Positions 9,148 through 19,611 of a stretch of DNA of 57,143 nucleotides are shown one piece after another. The stretch's first letter is position 1, and each line of letters starts with the position of its first letter. The stretch lies in contig JAJRZV010000130.1 in the NCBI GenBank assembly GCA_024275095.1, positions 1 to 57,143 of the forward strand, in the 5' to 3' direction. A program made the position numbers and the translations under genes. The stretch is from a bacterium (GTDB lineage: Bacteria; JAJRZV01). Below the pieces are notes generated by a model, which was not told the origin of the DNA, did not search any database, and was given only the letters and a program-made list of their open reading frames with translations.

Positions 9148-10478
9148 GGGAGGTACTCCTGTCCGTCGTAAAAAGACATTTCAGTAAGCCCTGCAGCAAG
9201 ATTGTATTTTTCTTTCAGATATTCCCATTTTACATTCAAATATTGAGAATAGGCATCTATTACGTCTTTAAGCTCAGCCACACCCATGTCAAAGTTCAAT
9301 AGAGCTGTAGACACATTGCTTCGTGCGTACTTCAGGGCGCTGTCGAGCTCAGAAAGAATTTTCCACGAGGCCAGGGTTTTGGAAAAGGCATTCAACCATT
9401 CGGTTCTGAGTTTTTCCTGCAAAGCCTCTAACGCCGCCCGTGCGGCTTCCCATCGAGCTTTCGCTCTGGCCACATCGAGCCGGGTCTCCAGATAGTTGAG
9501 ATTGAGCCTGACCCCGAGACCACCCCCATAGCTGAAGCAGTTGGGATTGAGCGTGCATGAGACCATTTTCATGGGCCACAGCGGCGCGTAGGAATATTTC
9601 ACCTGTCCGGAAAGAAAAATGTCAGGATAATATTTTGCTCGAGCGGCCATATAGGCTTCTTCTAAAGCCCGCACCTTGAACTCCATCTCGCGGATTTCAG
9701 GGTGGTTTTCAAGGTCAGGTTGGTTTTTTCTTAACCAGCGTCCAGTGGTCTCCTCCGGATAGAAGTCCAGTAATTTTATCTTCACATCGGGGGTGTTAAG
9801 CAGTATGCCCAAGGCCTGAGTTATCCCTGTTCTTTGGGATTTGATTTTTTCAATGCGGCCGTGAGTGTAGTGGATAAAAAGTTTCAATTTGTTAAGTTCG
9901 GTCGTGGTGACTTCAGGTCCTTCGCCTGATTGTATTTTTTCGAGGAGGTTTTTACTCTTCTGGTAGGCATCGGTGAGCATTTGTTCTGCTTCCTGCAGAA
10001 GTGATGCCTGGACCACTGCGTATCTCAGTCGCTGGGTCAATTCTCTTTTAAGTTTTTCCACGTTCTCTTTTTCAGAAGAAACCAGTGCTTTAAAAGATCG
10101 AGAGACATGAGATATTTTTCCAAAAGTGTAGAGAGGCTGAACGATGTTGAGCTCGGTTCTCACAATTGGGCCGATTTCTCCATAATCGAGCTCATAGGCC
10201 CAGGGAGGTATTTCAGAATCTGCAGGTGCGTTTTTTACTCCCGGGGCGGCTACTGCGAATATTCGAAGGTCAAAACGCTGTAAAAATTTTTTCGAGTGGT
10301 AATAATCTGCATTTTTTTGGGCTGCTTCAACCCGGGCAAGCCCTGCACGCACAGCGACAAACTGTTCCACAAGTTGAGGAGAATTTTCATAGGAAAGAGT
10401 AAGAGAAAGCGCACTCAATACTATGAATAGAGATACAGACACGTCCCAAATTGTATTTGAGGCAGACCTTACTGACAA
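9144..10478 (-). CDS. TolC family outer membrane protein (start uncertain)
   Basis: QPLYTFGKI, HPEI, AKYYPDIFL and amphipathic helical repeats typical of the OEP family. Confidence 0.8.
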   Translation of the reverse strand: MSVRSASNTIWDVSVSLFIVLSALSLTLSYENSPQLVEQFVAVRAGLARVEAAQKNADYYHSKKFLQRFDLRIFAVAAPGVKNAPADSEIPPWAYELDYGEIGPIVRTELNIVQPLYTFGKISHVSRSFKALVSSEKENVEKLKRELTQRLRYAVVQASLLQEAEQMLTDAYQKSKNLLEKIQSGEGPEVTTTELNKLKLFIHYTHGRIEKIKSQRTGITQALGILLNTPDVKIKLLDFYPEETTGRWLRKNQPDLENHPEIREMEFKVRALEEAYMAARAKYYPDIFLSGQVKYSYAPLWPMKMVSCTLNPNCFSYGGGLGVRLNLNYLETRLDVARAKARWEAARAALEALQEKLRTEWLNAFSKTLASWKILSELDSALKYARSNVSTALLNFDMGVAELKDVIDAYSQYLNVKWEYLKEKYNLAAGLTEMSFYDGQEYLP

Positions 10479-10639
10479 GGCTCAAGCACGGCTAAAAAAA
10501 AGTTATGAAATAATGAGGTCTTACTATATACCCTTGGGATGGGCCGGTCATCCTGTCAAAGCCCAGGTGGACTGCAAAAAGCCTTTTATACAGGCTCTCG
10601 GGCTGCTCGGTAAAAATTTCTTGGTCACGTAAATTGCCA

Positions 10640-10655
10640 TTGCTATATATTGCAT
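10640..10655. promoter_or_regulatory. Putative NrdR box
   Basis: ttgCTATATATTGcat matches the NrdR core CwATATATwG, about 50 bp upstream of nrdJ. Confidence 0.6.
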
Positions 10656-10706
10656 GTTTGTGTGGGGTGAAATTCCCTGGAAAGTGTTATGTGGTGGAGG
10701 TGAAGG

Positions 10707-13061
10707 ATGATTGATAAAATAGTAGAGGAAATTTTTCAAGATCCTGAGGGCCTTGAGAAAATGAAAAAGCTGGAAGAGGGCAGGGTGACCATTCGACTTT
10801 CAGAAAATGCGATCAGGGTGCTGGAGAAGAGGTATCTCCGGCGCAACGAAAAGGGAGAAATTGTAGAAAATCCTGAGCAGATGTTTGAACGTGTTGCCAG
10901 GGCTATTGCCGAGGTGGAGAGAGAGTATAAAGGAGATGTCGAGTACTGGGCGGAGGTGTTTTACAACCTGATGGTAACAGCGCGCTTTCTTCCCAACTCT
11001 CCCACGTTGATGAATGCGGGCACTGAACTTGGCCAGCTCTCCGCGTGTTTTGTACTTCCTGTTGAGGATTCCATGGAACAGATTTTTGAAACCATCAAGC
11101 ACACGGCCATTATTCACAAAACGGGCGGGGGTACAGGGTTTTCTTTTTCACGCTTGAGACCAAAGGACGATGTGGTTCAGACCACAGGAGGAATTGCTTC
11201 GGGTCCCATCTCCTTTATGACGGTATTTGATGCGGCAACAGAGGTTATCAAACAGGGCGGCAAGAGACGTGGCGCAAACATGGGTATCCTGCGAGTTGAC
11301 CATCCGGATATCATGGACTTTATCACCGCAAAAGACGAAGAAAGCCGACTCAATAATTTCAACATTTCCGTTGCTGTAACTGATGCTTTTATGGAGGCGT
11401 TGAAAAAGGACGGCGAGTACGACCTCATCAATCCGCGTACAAAGAAGGTCGCTGGCCGGCTCAAGGCAAGAGACGTGTTCACAAAGATGGTGGAGCAGGC
11501 ATGGAAGAATGGCGAGCCAGGGGTAATATACATTGACACTGTGAACCGGTACAATCCCACTCCCCATGTGGGAGAAATCGAAGCGACCAATCCCTGCGGC
11601 GAGCAACCACTGCTTCCGTACGAGTCATGTAATCTTGGCTCAATTAATCTGGCTCGGTTTGTAAAAGAGAAGTCGGGGGAGATGGTAGTTGACTTTGAGG
11701 AACTTGGTGAGACAGTGGAACACGCGGTTCGATTCCTGGACAACGTAATAGATGCCAACAGATTCCCCATTCCACAGATCAAAGAAAAAACGCTTGCCAA
11801 CAGGAAGATCGGATTGGGTGTGATGGGATTCGCCGATTTGCTCATCAAGATGGGTATTCCTTATGATAGTGAAAAGGCGCGCGATATTGCAGAGCAGGTT
11901 ATGGCATTTATTCAGCATAAGGGGCATGAAACGTCTGCGCGTCTTGCTGAAGAGAGGGGAGTTTTCCCAAATTTCGAAGGGAGTGTGTGGGATAGAAAAG
12001 GCCAGCCCATGCGTAATGCCACTGTGACCACCATTGCACCCACGGGGTCAATCAGTATTGTGGCTGGGTGTTCCAGTGGAGTAGAACCTCTTTTCGCTCT
12101 CGCTTATTTCAGGCAGGTGCTTGATAATGAGAAACTGCAGGAGGTTCATCCCCTTTTCGTGGAGGTGGCTGAAAAAGAAGGCTTTTATTCAGAGAGTCTT
12201 ATGGATGAAGTGAAGGAGAAAGGACGTGTTGGTGACTTGAGGGCCGTACCGGAAAAGTGGCGAAGGGTTTTCAAAACAGCACTTGAAATAGAACCTGAAG
12301 CTCACGTGCGCATGCAGGCTGCTTTTCAAAAGTACACAGACAATGCTGTCAGCAAGACCATTAATTTTCCCAACAGTGCCACTGTAGAGGATGTGGCAAA
12401 GTCGTACCTCCTGGCCTATCGCTTGGGGTGTAAAGGTATAACTGTATACCGGGATGGTTCCCGGAGTGTTCAGGTGCTTAACGTGGGTACAGTCGAGAAA
12501 AAGGGTGAAGCCGACTCCGGTGAAGGTCTTGTCCGTTCAGAAAGGAGTTCTGCGGTACATCTGACACCGCGGCCGCGACCTGAGGTGATTTCTGGTAAAA
12601 CCCTCCGCATGAAGACTGGATGTGGGAATCTTTATGTGACCATTAATGAAGATGAACACGGCCTCTTCGAGGTTTTCGCTGCCATGGGTAAAGCTGGTGG
12701 ATGCGCTGCTTCCCAGAGCGAAGCCATTTGTCGGTTGATATCTCTTTCCCTGAGGGCAGGCGTGGATACTGCTTCCATTCTCAAACAACTCAAGGGTATC
12801 CGCTGCCCCGTGCCCACCTGGGATGCCGGTGGAGACATGATCCTTTCATGTGCTGATGCTATCGCCAAGGCGATGGAGAGGTATCTGGAAGAAAAAGGAG
12901 AACTGGATGCGGAAACGTTTGATACCAGCATGAAGGCAATCCGCAGTGAACTCTACGGTGCCGATAGGGTGGTGGCAACCTGCCCTGAATGTGGAAGCAC
13001 CATGGAGCCCGAAGAAGGATGCTTTATATGCCGTGCATGCGGATTTTCCAAGTGTAGCTGA
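10707..13061 (+). CDS. nrdJ: Class II adenosylcobalamin-dependent ribonucleotide reductase with C-terminal TSCPD-like and zinc-ribbon domains
   Basis: [47 protein letters not shown]-terminal SCAD and CPECG..CRACG. Confidence 0.95.
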   Translation: MIDKIVEEIFQDPEGLEKMKKLEEGRVTIRLSENAIRVLEKRYLRRNEKGEIVENPEQMFERVARAIAEVEREYKGDVEYWAEVFYNLMVTARFLPNSPTLMNAGTELGQLSACFVLPVEDSMEQIFETIKHTAIIHKTGGGTGFSFSRLRPKDDVVQTTGGIASGPISFMTVFDAATEVIKQGGKRRGANMGILRVDHPDIMDFITAKDEESRLNNFNISVAVTDAFMEALKKDGEYDLINPRTKKVAGRLKARDVFTKMVEQAWKNGEPGVIYIDTVNRYNPTPHVGEIEATNPCGEQPLLPYESCNLGSINLARFVKEKSGEMVVDFEELGETVEHAVRFLDNVIDANRFPIPQIKEKTLANRKIGLGVMGFADLLIKMGIPYDSEKARDIAEQVMAFIQHKGHETSARLAEERGVFPNFEGSVWDRKGQPMRNATVTTIAPTGSISIVAGCSSGVEPLFALAYFRQVLDNEKLQEVHPLFVEVAEKEGFYSESLMDEVKEKGRVGDLRAVPEKWRRVFKTALEIEPEAHVRMQAAFQKYTDNAVSKTINFPNSATVEDVAKSYLLAYRLGCKGITVYRDGSRSVQVLNVGTVEKKGEADSGEGLVRSERSSAVHLTPRPRPEVISGKTLRMKTGCGNLYVTINEDEHGLFEVFAAMGKAGGCAASQSEAICRLISLSLRAGVDTASILKQLKGIRCPVPTWDAGGDMILSCADAIAKAMERYLEEKGELDAETFDTSMKAIRSELYGADRVVATCPECGSTMEPEEGCFICRACGFSKCS

Positions 13062-13068
13062 AGACGCA

Positions 13069-13476
13069 ATGGACTTACACAATGACATGCCTGTTTTCGC
13101 AGGTGTATGGCTTTTACCCCAGGATGTAAAAGGTTTTGTTGCTTTCCTGGAGAAAGCCCTGGGTAAACTGGAGATGGAGACGTACGTGTGGTCTGAAAAG
13201 TTGAGGGAGAGAAGATGCTTTTTAAAAGACCACAAACACTTTGTCAGCGTTATAGAAAAAGAGAGTGATGCTTTTTCTGATGCAGTGTTTGAGGATAATG
13301 GACTACCGGTGTTTTACTACCGTGGTGACCCGGTAAAGTGGGCCGAAAGGAATGGACTGCATGTAATTGGTACCTGGACATCTCCCGATGCGCAGCAGTG
13401 TTATATGGTAAAAACCCAGGGTGGAATTTTCACGTTTCTTTTGCTTTGTGAAGCTGATAGAGCACATTCTTCCTGA
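13069..13476 (+). CDS. Hypothetical protein, possible VOC/glyoxalase-like fold
   Basis: ATG 8 bp after the nrdJ stop; F..KALG and ..G.HV....TSPD..CYMVKTQGG pattern loosely resembles VOC. Confidence 0.5.
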   Translation: MDLHNDMPVFAGVWLLPQDVKGFVAFLEKALGKLEMETYVWSEKLRERRCFLKDHKHFVSVIEKESDAFSDAVFEDNGLPVFYYRGDPVKWAERNGLHVIGTWTSPDAQQCYMVKTQGGIFTFLLLCEADRAHSS

Positions 13477-14461
13477 TGTGGAAAACATACCGCGTGTCCC
13501 CATTTTAGAGGGACCCACGCCGGTAAAATTTCTGGAAGGTATCAGTAAATTCACGGGTGTTGAAATATGGATGAAGGATGATGGAGTAACTTCTTCCCTT
13601 TATGGAGGCAACAAAGCGCGTAAGTTCGAGTTTATTATTGGAGAAGCACTTGTTAAGAAGGCTCAAACTCTCGTTACATCCGGTGGTACGGGCACAAATC
13701 ACGGTGTGGCTGCTGTTGTGTTTGGACGCAAGTGGGGATTGAGAGTGGTGCTTCATCTTTTTGAACAGTATCTTACCGAGTACAGTCGGATGAATTATCA
13801 GGCGCTTTTAAAACTGGCGGATGAAGTTCACGTCCATGCTCGCCCGGAAAAAGCGTTTATAAAGGCATACGTGGATGCTCGCAGGCGCGCCCACGCATTT
13901 TATGTGCCTCCGGGGGGTTCAACTCCTGTGGCAAATCTTGGGTACGTGCTCGCAGCACTGGAATTGTGGGCACAAATCGACGCTGGAGAAGCCCCTTTCC
14001 CTGAAAAGATTTTTGTGCCAGCAGGTTCCCTGGGCACTGCGTGTGGGCTTATTGTGGGAAGTGCTCTGATTCCGCAACCCTTTGAAATTGTGCTTGTAAG
14101 GGTTGTGGACAGGATGGCGGTGAATTCTCTCGTGGTTCACTATTATCTCTGGAGATTAAAGAGGCTTGTAACGGCCTTGGGAGGTAAGATTGTATCCCAG
14201 CCGGTGTGGCATGTTGAGCACACGTGTTTTGGACGTGCTTACGGTGAACCCACACCAGAAGGGCTTCGTGCCATGGAGTTGTTTCATCGTTATGACAATG
14301 TACGATTGGAACCTGTCTATACAGCCAAAAGCGCAGCTGCTTTGTTGAAATATGCGAGGAGAAACACTAAAGGGCCTCTACTGTTGTGGAAAACCAACTC
14401 AGGCGTATCAGCAGATGAGCTTCTCAGGCGTACGAGTGAAGACCGGATAGAAAGAGATTGA
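13448..14461 (+). CDS. PLP-dependent D-cysteine desulfhydrase/ACC deaminase family protein
   Basis: PTPV, YGGNKARK, TNHG, PPGGS, GSLGT and LEPVYTAK motifs. Confidence 0.9.
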   Translation: MKLIEHILPDVENIPRVPILEGPTPVKFLEGISKFTGVEIWMKDDGVTSSLYGGNKARKFEFIIGEALVKKAQTLVTSGGTGTNHGVAAVVFGRKWGLRVVLHLFEQYLTEYSRMNYQALLKLADEVHVHARPEKAFIKAYVDARRRAHAFYVPPGGSTPVANLGYVLAALELWAQIDAGEAPFPEKIFVPAGSLGTACGLIVGSALIPQPFEIVLVRVVDRMAVNSLVVHYYLWRLKRLVTALGGKIVSQPVWHVEHTCFGRAYGEPTPEGLRAMELFHRYDNVRLEPVYTAKSAAALLKYARRNTKGPLLLWKTNSGVSADELLRRTSEDRIERD

Positions 14462-15227
14462 CTCCGAGAAAACAAAAAAGTGTTACAACAAAGCCGATGA
14501 TTGCCATGATAGCTGTTCTATGGCCTTTCCATCCTGCACGGAAGCGGGCATGGAGAAGTGCACCGTAGACGAGCCATGTGATGAGGGACCACGTTTCCTT
14601 GGGATCCCATGACCAGTAAGACCCCCAGGCATAATTGGCCCATACGGCACCAGTGATAATGCCCAGAGTAAGAGTAATAAAACCGAATCCCACCGCCACG
14701 TAGATGGTGTTATCAACAGCGTCAAGAAGTGACTGCTCTGCCCGCTTTTCCTGGAAAAGGTAGAAAATACCTGCTCCAAAAGCCACGGCAAACCCTGCGT
14801 AACCGAGAAAGCTGGTAATGACATGTACCGTAAGCCAGTTGCTCTGCAGCGCTGGCACGAGAGGTTCTATTTCGTTGTTGAGGAAGGACGTGTATCCGAG
14901 AGTGAGAAAGACTACAGGCATTACAAATGTACCTATCCATTTGAGGCGGAAACGGTATTCTATGACCAGAAATATGAGAGTGATGACCATGGCGAAAAAT
15001 ACAAGTGCCTCGTAAAGATTCGCAGCCGGAAAGTGTCCTGCTCCCACCTGATAGGATTCGTACCACCTGAGAAAAAAGCCAATAACCTGAAGGGCACCTC
15101 CTGTAGCAGCAGTGTAAAGTGCAACTCTATTAATCTGTTCGCTCTTGCGCAGGTAAGATATGGTATATATGAGCCATGCAATAAAATAAACAGCAAGGGC
15201 AGCAGTGGTGAATTTTTCATTCATCAT
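14424..15227 (-). CDS. ccsA: System II cytochrome c biogenesis heme lyase CcsA/ResC
   Basis: PAANLYE, LVPALQSNWLTVHV, WGSYWSWDPKETW (WWD motif), GLHSY. Confidence 0.95.
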   Translation of the reverse strand: MMNEKFTTAALAVYFIAWLIYTISYLRKSEQINRVALYTAATGGALQVIGFFLRWYESYQVGAGHFPAANLYEALVFFAMVITLIFLVIEYRFRLKWIGTFVMPVVFLTLGYTSFLNNEIEPLVPALQSNWLTVHVITSFLGYAGFAVAFGAGIFYLFQEKRAEQSLLDAVDNTIYVAVGFGFITLTLGIITGAVWANYAWGSYWSWDPKETWSLITWLVYGALLHARFRAGWKGHRTAIMAIIGFVVTLFCFLGVNLFLSGLHSYA

Positions 15228-15314
15228 TGGTTCCTCTCCTGTGTTTTATAGTTTTGGTGGCTTTCATTATGACAGGTTCCCCTCGTGGCACACAAGAGGG
15301 ACGCGAACAAGAGG

Positions 15315-15352
15315 AAAACAAAAACCCCACCCGCTTTGCGACAGGTGGGGTT
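15315..15352 (-). terminator. Rho-independent terminator after a cytochrome c3 gene
   Basis: Stem AACCCCACC/GGTGGGGTT followed by a U-rich tract on the minus strand. Confidence 0.7.
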
Positions 15353-15383
15353 GAGTTTTTGATGTTTGCAGATAACTGAGCTA

Positions 15384-15749
15384 TTACTTATGGCAGCCCT
15401 TACAGGACGTGGGTGCACCTTTGGCTTTGTTTTTCTTGTGACAGTCCTTGCAGTTTTTGTGGAAAGCTGATTTGATGGACGGGGTATTCCCTTCTTTTTT
15501 TGCCTTGTGGCAGTCACCGCACTTTTGTGGTTCCTTGCCGGAGGCTTTATCCCACTTGTGGTGGCACTCGATGCAGTTATTGTTTACAATTTCTGCATGT
15601 TTTTTGTGATCGAGTTTTACTGCGGGCTTGGCTTTCTTGTAAGCATCAAGCACAATCTGGTCAGGTGGGGCAGCAAGGGCATGAGAGAAAAGTGCGAGGG
15701 TCCCTCCCGTTGCTAGCAGGAGGACAAGTTTCACGATTTTAGACTTCAT
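15384..15749 (-). CDS. Periplasmic tetraheme cytochrome c3 (class III)
   Basis: Signal peptide; HKKH, CIECHH, CGDCH, CKDCH, CKGCH; lysine-rich. Confidence 0.93.
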   Translation of the reverse strand: MKSKIVKLVLLLATGGTLALFSHALAAPPDQIVLDAYKKAKPAVKLDHKKHAEIVNNNCIECHHKWDKASGKEPQKCGDCHKAKKEGNTPSIKSAFHKNCKDCHKKNKAKGAPTSCKGCHK

Positions 15750-15882
15750 GCTTCACCTCCCTTCTTCGGTATAGTTATGTTATGCACATATTTTTTTCGC
15801 TCTTTGCACCAGTGTCACGTTAAACAGAGAGGCAAAAAATACCTGCTGAATTTTGAAGGGCAATTTTGCTGAAACACAGAAG

Positions 15883-15916
15883 AAAAAAATAAAAACCCCC
15901 ATCAGGAAGATGGGGG
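15883..15916 (-). terminator. Rho-independent terminator
   Basis: CCCCCATC/GATGGGGG stem followed by a long U tract on the minus strand. Confidence 0.8.
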
Positions 15917-15957
15917 CCAGGAATGAAATGCTCGCTTGAGAAGGGAAGGGTGCTTAA

Positions 15958-16329
15958 TTATTTCTTGTGGCAGCCCTTACAGGAAGTGGGTGCACCTTTG
16001 GCCTTGTTTTTCTTGTGACAGTCCTTGCACTTTTTGTGGAATATGGTTTTAGCTGCAGGGGTATTACCTTCTTTCTTTGCCTTGTGACATGTCGTGCACT
16101 TTCGTGGCTCTTTGCCGGAGGCCTTATCCCACTTGTGGTGGCACTCGGCACAGTTGCCTTTTGCAATATCTTTCGCGTGCTTGCCGTGATTCAGTACCAC
16201 AGCGGGCTTGACCTTTTTGACGGCATCAATGGTCACTTTTTCGGGTGCTGCCGAAAACCCCTTGAGGGTAATAACCATAGTGGTTGCGAAGGCAACCGCT
16301 GCGACCAATGCTATCCCTCTTACCCTCAT
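15958..16329 (-). CDS. Periplasmic tetraheme cytochrome c3, paralog of 15384-15749
   Basis: Signal peptide; HGKH, CAECHH, CTTCH, CKDCH, CKGCH. Confidence 0.93.
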   Translation of the reverse strand: MRVRGIALVAAVAFATTMVITLKGFSAAPEKVTIDAVKKVKPAVVLNHGKHAKDIAKGNCAECHHKWDKASGKEPRKCTTCHKAKKEGNTPAAKTIFHKKCKDCHKKNKAKGAPTSCKGCHKK

Positions 16330-17722
16330 GCCTCACCTCCTGAATGTGTTGGAATTTCTATGCCATATTTTTTCATACGGTACTTGAGTGTGTCACGTGA
16401 AATCGACAACAACTGCGCAGCGCGAGTTTTGTTCCACTGTGCGCGCTGCAACGCCTGGATAATAAGTGATTTTTCCAGGTCTTCGAGACAAATACCTTCC
16501 GGCGGTAGGGTAAATGGAATTTCTCCGGACGAGGGTGGGGCCGGGTTCTGGGAAAAGATGAAAGCGATATCTTCTTTATCAATAACATTGCCCTCGTTCA
16601 AAATTACCGCGCGTTCAATCACGTTTTTGAGCTCCCTCACGTTACCGGGCCAGTGGTAGTCCATGAGTATTTTCAAGGCTTCACGCGAGCATCCTTTGAT
16701 ATTTTTTTGAATTCCTGGTTGAATTCTTTGATGAAGTGCTCTACGAGAATGGGAATTTCTTCCTGTCGTTCTCGGAGAGGTGGTATGCGCAGTTGAATCA
16801 CGTTGAGCCGGTAAAAGAGGTCTTCTCTGAAATTTCCCTTTTGTACCTCTTCTACAAGATTTCTGTTTGTGGTGGCAATGGTTCTTACGTCAACAGTAAT
16901 GTCTTTTGTCCCGCCCAGGCGTTTAAACGTTTTGTTTTCAAGTACTCTCAGGAGTTTGGCCTGCGAGAGAAGGGGCATTTCCGAGACCTCATCCAACAAA
17001 ATGCTTCCTCCATCTGCCAGTTCAAAGAGCCCCTTCTTGGTTACCTTGGCATCCGTGAAGGCACCTTTTTCAAATCCAAAGAGTTCGCTTTCAAGGAGTG
17101 TTTCCGGAATGGCAGCACAGTTGATTTCCATAAAGGGTTGCTCCCGCCGGGGACTGCTGTAGTGGATGGCCCTTGAGAGAAGATCCTTCCCTGTGCCGCT
17201 TTCACCTTCGATGAGTACGGTTTGAGCATTGCTTTCAGCCACTTTCCGGGCTATTCGAATCAAATTTTTCATGCTTTCAGACGCGTGAATGATGCGTGAG
17301 AAGTCGTATGTTTGATATTCTTTTTCTTTAATAGAAAAGTATTCCTGCTGGATTCGTGATTGGTTGAGTGATTTCTTTATGACAATTTTTACTTCATCGA
17401 AGTTAAAAGGCTTTGGCAGGTAATCGAATGCGTTCATTTTCATGGCTTCTACCGCTGTGTCCACGTCTGCAAAGGCTGTGATCATGATCACAGGTACGTG
17501 AGGATCTTCGTTTTTGATTTCCTTGAGCACATCAAGCCCGCTGATTCCGGGCAGCCTGATATCAAGGATTACCAAATCCGGCCGTTCTCTTTCAAAAGTA
17601 TCAATGCCTTCTTCACCTGAAGAGGCCGTGATTACTTCGTATCCTTCTCTGGTCAATTCCTTTTCGAAGGACCACCGGATGAGCTGTTCATCATCCACTA
17701 TGAGTATTTTGCCCTTGCTCAT
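16326..17722 (-). pseudogene. NtrC-family sigma54-dependent response regulator with a 1-nt frameshift in an A7 run (16702-16708)
   Basis: Receiver domain, GESGTGK, GAFTDA and FREDLFYRLNV. Adding one A gives [29 protein letters not shown] and a Fis-type HTH. Confidence 0.88.
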
Positions 17723-19122
17723 GATGCGTTCCAGTGCCTCACGGGCAGGATGATGGTTACTGTTGTTCCTTTACCCGTTTCACTTTCCAGGTGAATGGAG
17801 CCTCCGTGAAGTTCAACAATGCGTTTCGCTGTAAACAAGCCCAATCCTGTGCCCTGAGGTTTGGTGGTGAAAAAGGGCTCGAAGATGCGTTCCATCATTT
17901 CTTCGCGTATTCCGCAACCTGTGTCAGTTATTTTAATCTTTACCTTTTCCTTTTCAAGGAGAAGCATCTCTGTTTCTAATGTGAGCCTGCCTCCCGAGGG
18001 CATGGCCTGAACGGCATTGAGAATGATGTTGAGCAGTACCTGCTGAAGCTGTTCCGGGTCTGCCATGATGAATCCCACATCCGGGTCCAGCTTTTGTATC
18101 ACCTCTATACCGTGTTTCTGTGCCTGTTGTTCCAGCAGTGTGATGATCCGGTTCAGCAGTTGATGAAGGTCGACCTCTTCGAATCGAGGGCTGACCTCCT
18201 TCGCCATGGAGAGAAGGTCATTCACCGTCTTGGCAACCCGGCTGATCTGCCGGATGATTTCGTCAAAGATTTCCTGGTTTTTTGTATCGAGGGTAAGGTC
18301 TTCTTTGAGTACTTGGATTGCACCACTGATACCGGCAAGGGGATTTTTTATTTCATGCGCAATGGCAGAGGCCAACTGCCCCACTGTGGCGAGCCTGTCT
18401 GCCCGCTGAATCTGGCGGGAGTATTCCTCTTCCCTTTGCTTTATAAGAGCTTCCAGGGTTGTCAGGGTGTTGTTGAGATCCTTCATAAGGCGGGAAAATT
18501 CGGCTGCTTCTGCATGTGTGGTGTCCAGACGTGCGGAAAGGTTGCCTCTTTTTACCTCATTGAGTACTGTTACAACTTCTTTAATGGGACGGTCCACATA
18601 GCGGTCGAAGTAAAAGTACACCATGCCGAAGGCCCCTGTTACGGCAATCAACCCGAGGAGCAGGATAAGGTATCGTGCATGCGTAATCAGGGCGGAGAAG
18701 GAGGTGTTGTCCACGGTAATTTCAACAGTGGCGATTTTTTCACCACTGGTGTGGCATTTCACACACTCACCGTGTGAATACACCTTGAGTGTTTTGTGAA
18801 TTTTCAGATTGCTTACAGCAAGTTCTGGCGAAGGAGGTGTTGTTTCCCGAGGGAAGATACGAACATGAACATTACTCGAGATTCTTTCCAGTGATTTGAT
18901 ATGTTCTCTCAGTTCGCTCCCGTGTCCGGACAGCATGAGCATACGGATATCCCTTTCCAGCATGGCCATGTAATGCCGGGACAGATTTTCGGAGACAATA
19001 GCGAGTGCATCCACCACTGCCCGCTGGGTTAAATAGAATGCTCCACCGAGTACCATCACCAGAGCGATACCCAGGGCAGCTCCAAATTTAACCTTTAGAG
19101 AGAGACCTTTTTTCTCATTCAT
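17719..19122 (-). CDS. Sensor histidine kinase with periplasmic CxxCH, HAMP, HisKA and HATPase domains
   Basis: Two TM segments flank a region containing CVKCH; AHEIKNPL, NAVQAM, DTGCGI, FFTTK, GTGLGL; ATG at 19122 preferred. Confidence 0.92.
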   Translation of the reverse strand: MNEKKGLSLKVKFGAALGIALVMVLGGAFYLTQRAVVDALAIVSENLSRHYMAMLERDIRMLMLSGHGSELREHIKSLERISSNVHVRIFPRETTPPSPELAVSNLKIHKTLKVYSHGECVKCHTSGEKIATVEITVDNTSFSALITHARYLILLLGLIAVTGAFGMVYFYFDRYVDRPIKEVVTVLNEVKRGNLSARLDTTHAEAAEFSRLMKDLNNTLTTLEALIKQREEEYSRQIQRADRLATVGQLASAIAHEIKNPLAGISGAIQVLKEDLTLDTKNQEIFDEIIRQISRVAKTVNDLLSMAKEVSPRFEEVDLHQLLNRIITLLEQQAQKHGIEVIQKLDPDVGFIMADPEQLQQVLLNIILNAVQAMPSGGRLTLETEMLLLEKEKVKIKITDTGCGIREEMMERIFEPFFTTKPQGTGLGLFTAKRIVELHGGSIHLESETGKGTTVTIILPVRHWNAS

Positions 19123-19195
19123 CCCAAACTTCAGTATATAACATGTATGTTTCTGTTCATGAAAAGATTTTTTTGAGGACCTGGTGTGCCTTAAG

Positions 19196-19211
19196 AGGCA
19201 TGTTTTTTGCT
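19196..19211 (+). promoter_or_regulatory. sigma54 (-24/-12) promoter
   Basis: aGGCATGTTTTTTGCt = GG-N10-GC, 38 bp upstream of the receiver gene. Confidence 0.65.
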
Positions 19212-19248
19212 TTCTTGTGCCCTTTGACTTCATGGAGTTTTAAAAAGG

Positions 19249-19611
19249 ATGAAGATTTTTATTCTTGAAGATGAGGGTTTGGTCAGGTGGTCCCTTAGCA
19301 TCACCTTCGAAAAGCGGGGCCACTGCGTTGTGGCAGCTTCTACTGTCGGGGAAGCACGAACACTGGTAAAAAAGGATCGGTTTGATATATATCTGGTAGA
19401 TATATTTCTTCCCGATTGTTCGGGACTGGAGTTTATTGACTTTTTAAAAAAACATCATCCGGAGGCGCGAATATTCATTTTGACCGCGTACGATGATTTT
19501 CAGGCTGTCAGGCGAAAATACCTTGCAGGTTCCGTAAATGGTCTGATAAAAAAACCTTTCAATGTGGCCGAGATTATCAGTGTTGTGGAAAGTGGTTGCT
19601 CTCGATGCTAA
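19249..19611 (+). CDS. Single-domain response regulator receiver
   Basis: ILEDE, DIFLPDCSG, LTAY, KPF. Confidence 0.9.
   Translation: MKIFILEDEGLVRWSLSITFEKRGHCVVAASTVGEARTLVKKDRFDIYLVDIFLPDCSGLEFIDFLKKHHPEARIFILTAYDDFQAVRRKYLAGSVNGLIKKPFNVAEIISVVESGCSRC

Noticed and set aside
15275-15310. GEMM-like GGGACGC fragment
   Set aside because: It is on the wrong strand for the adjacent genes and the rest of the motif is missing.
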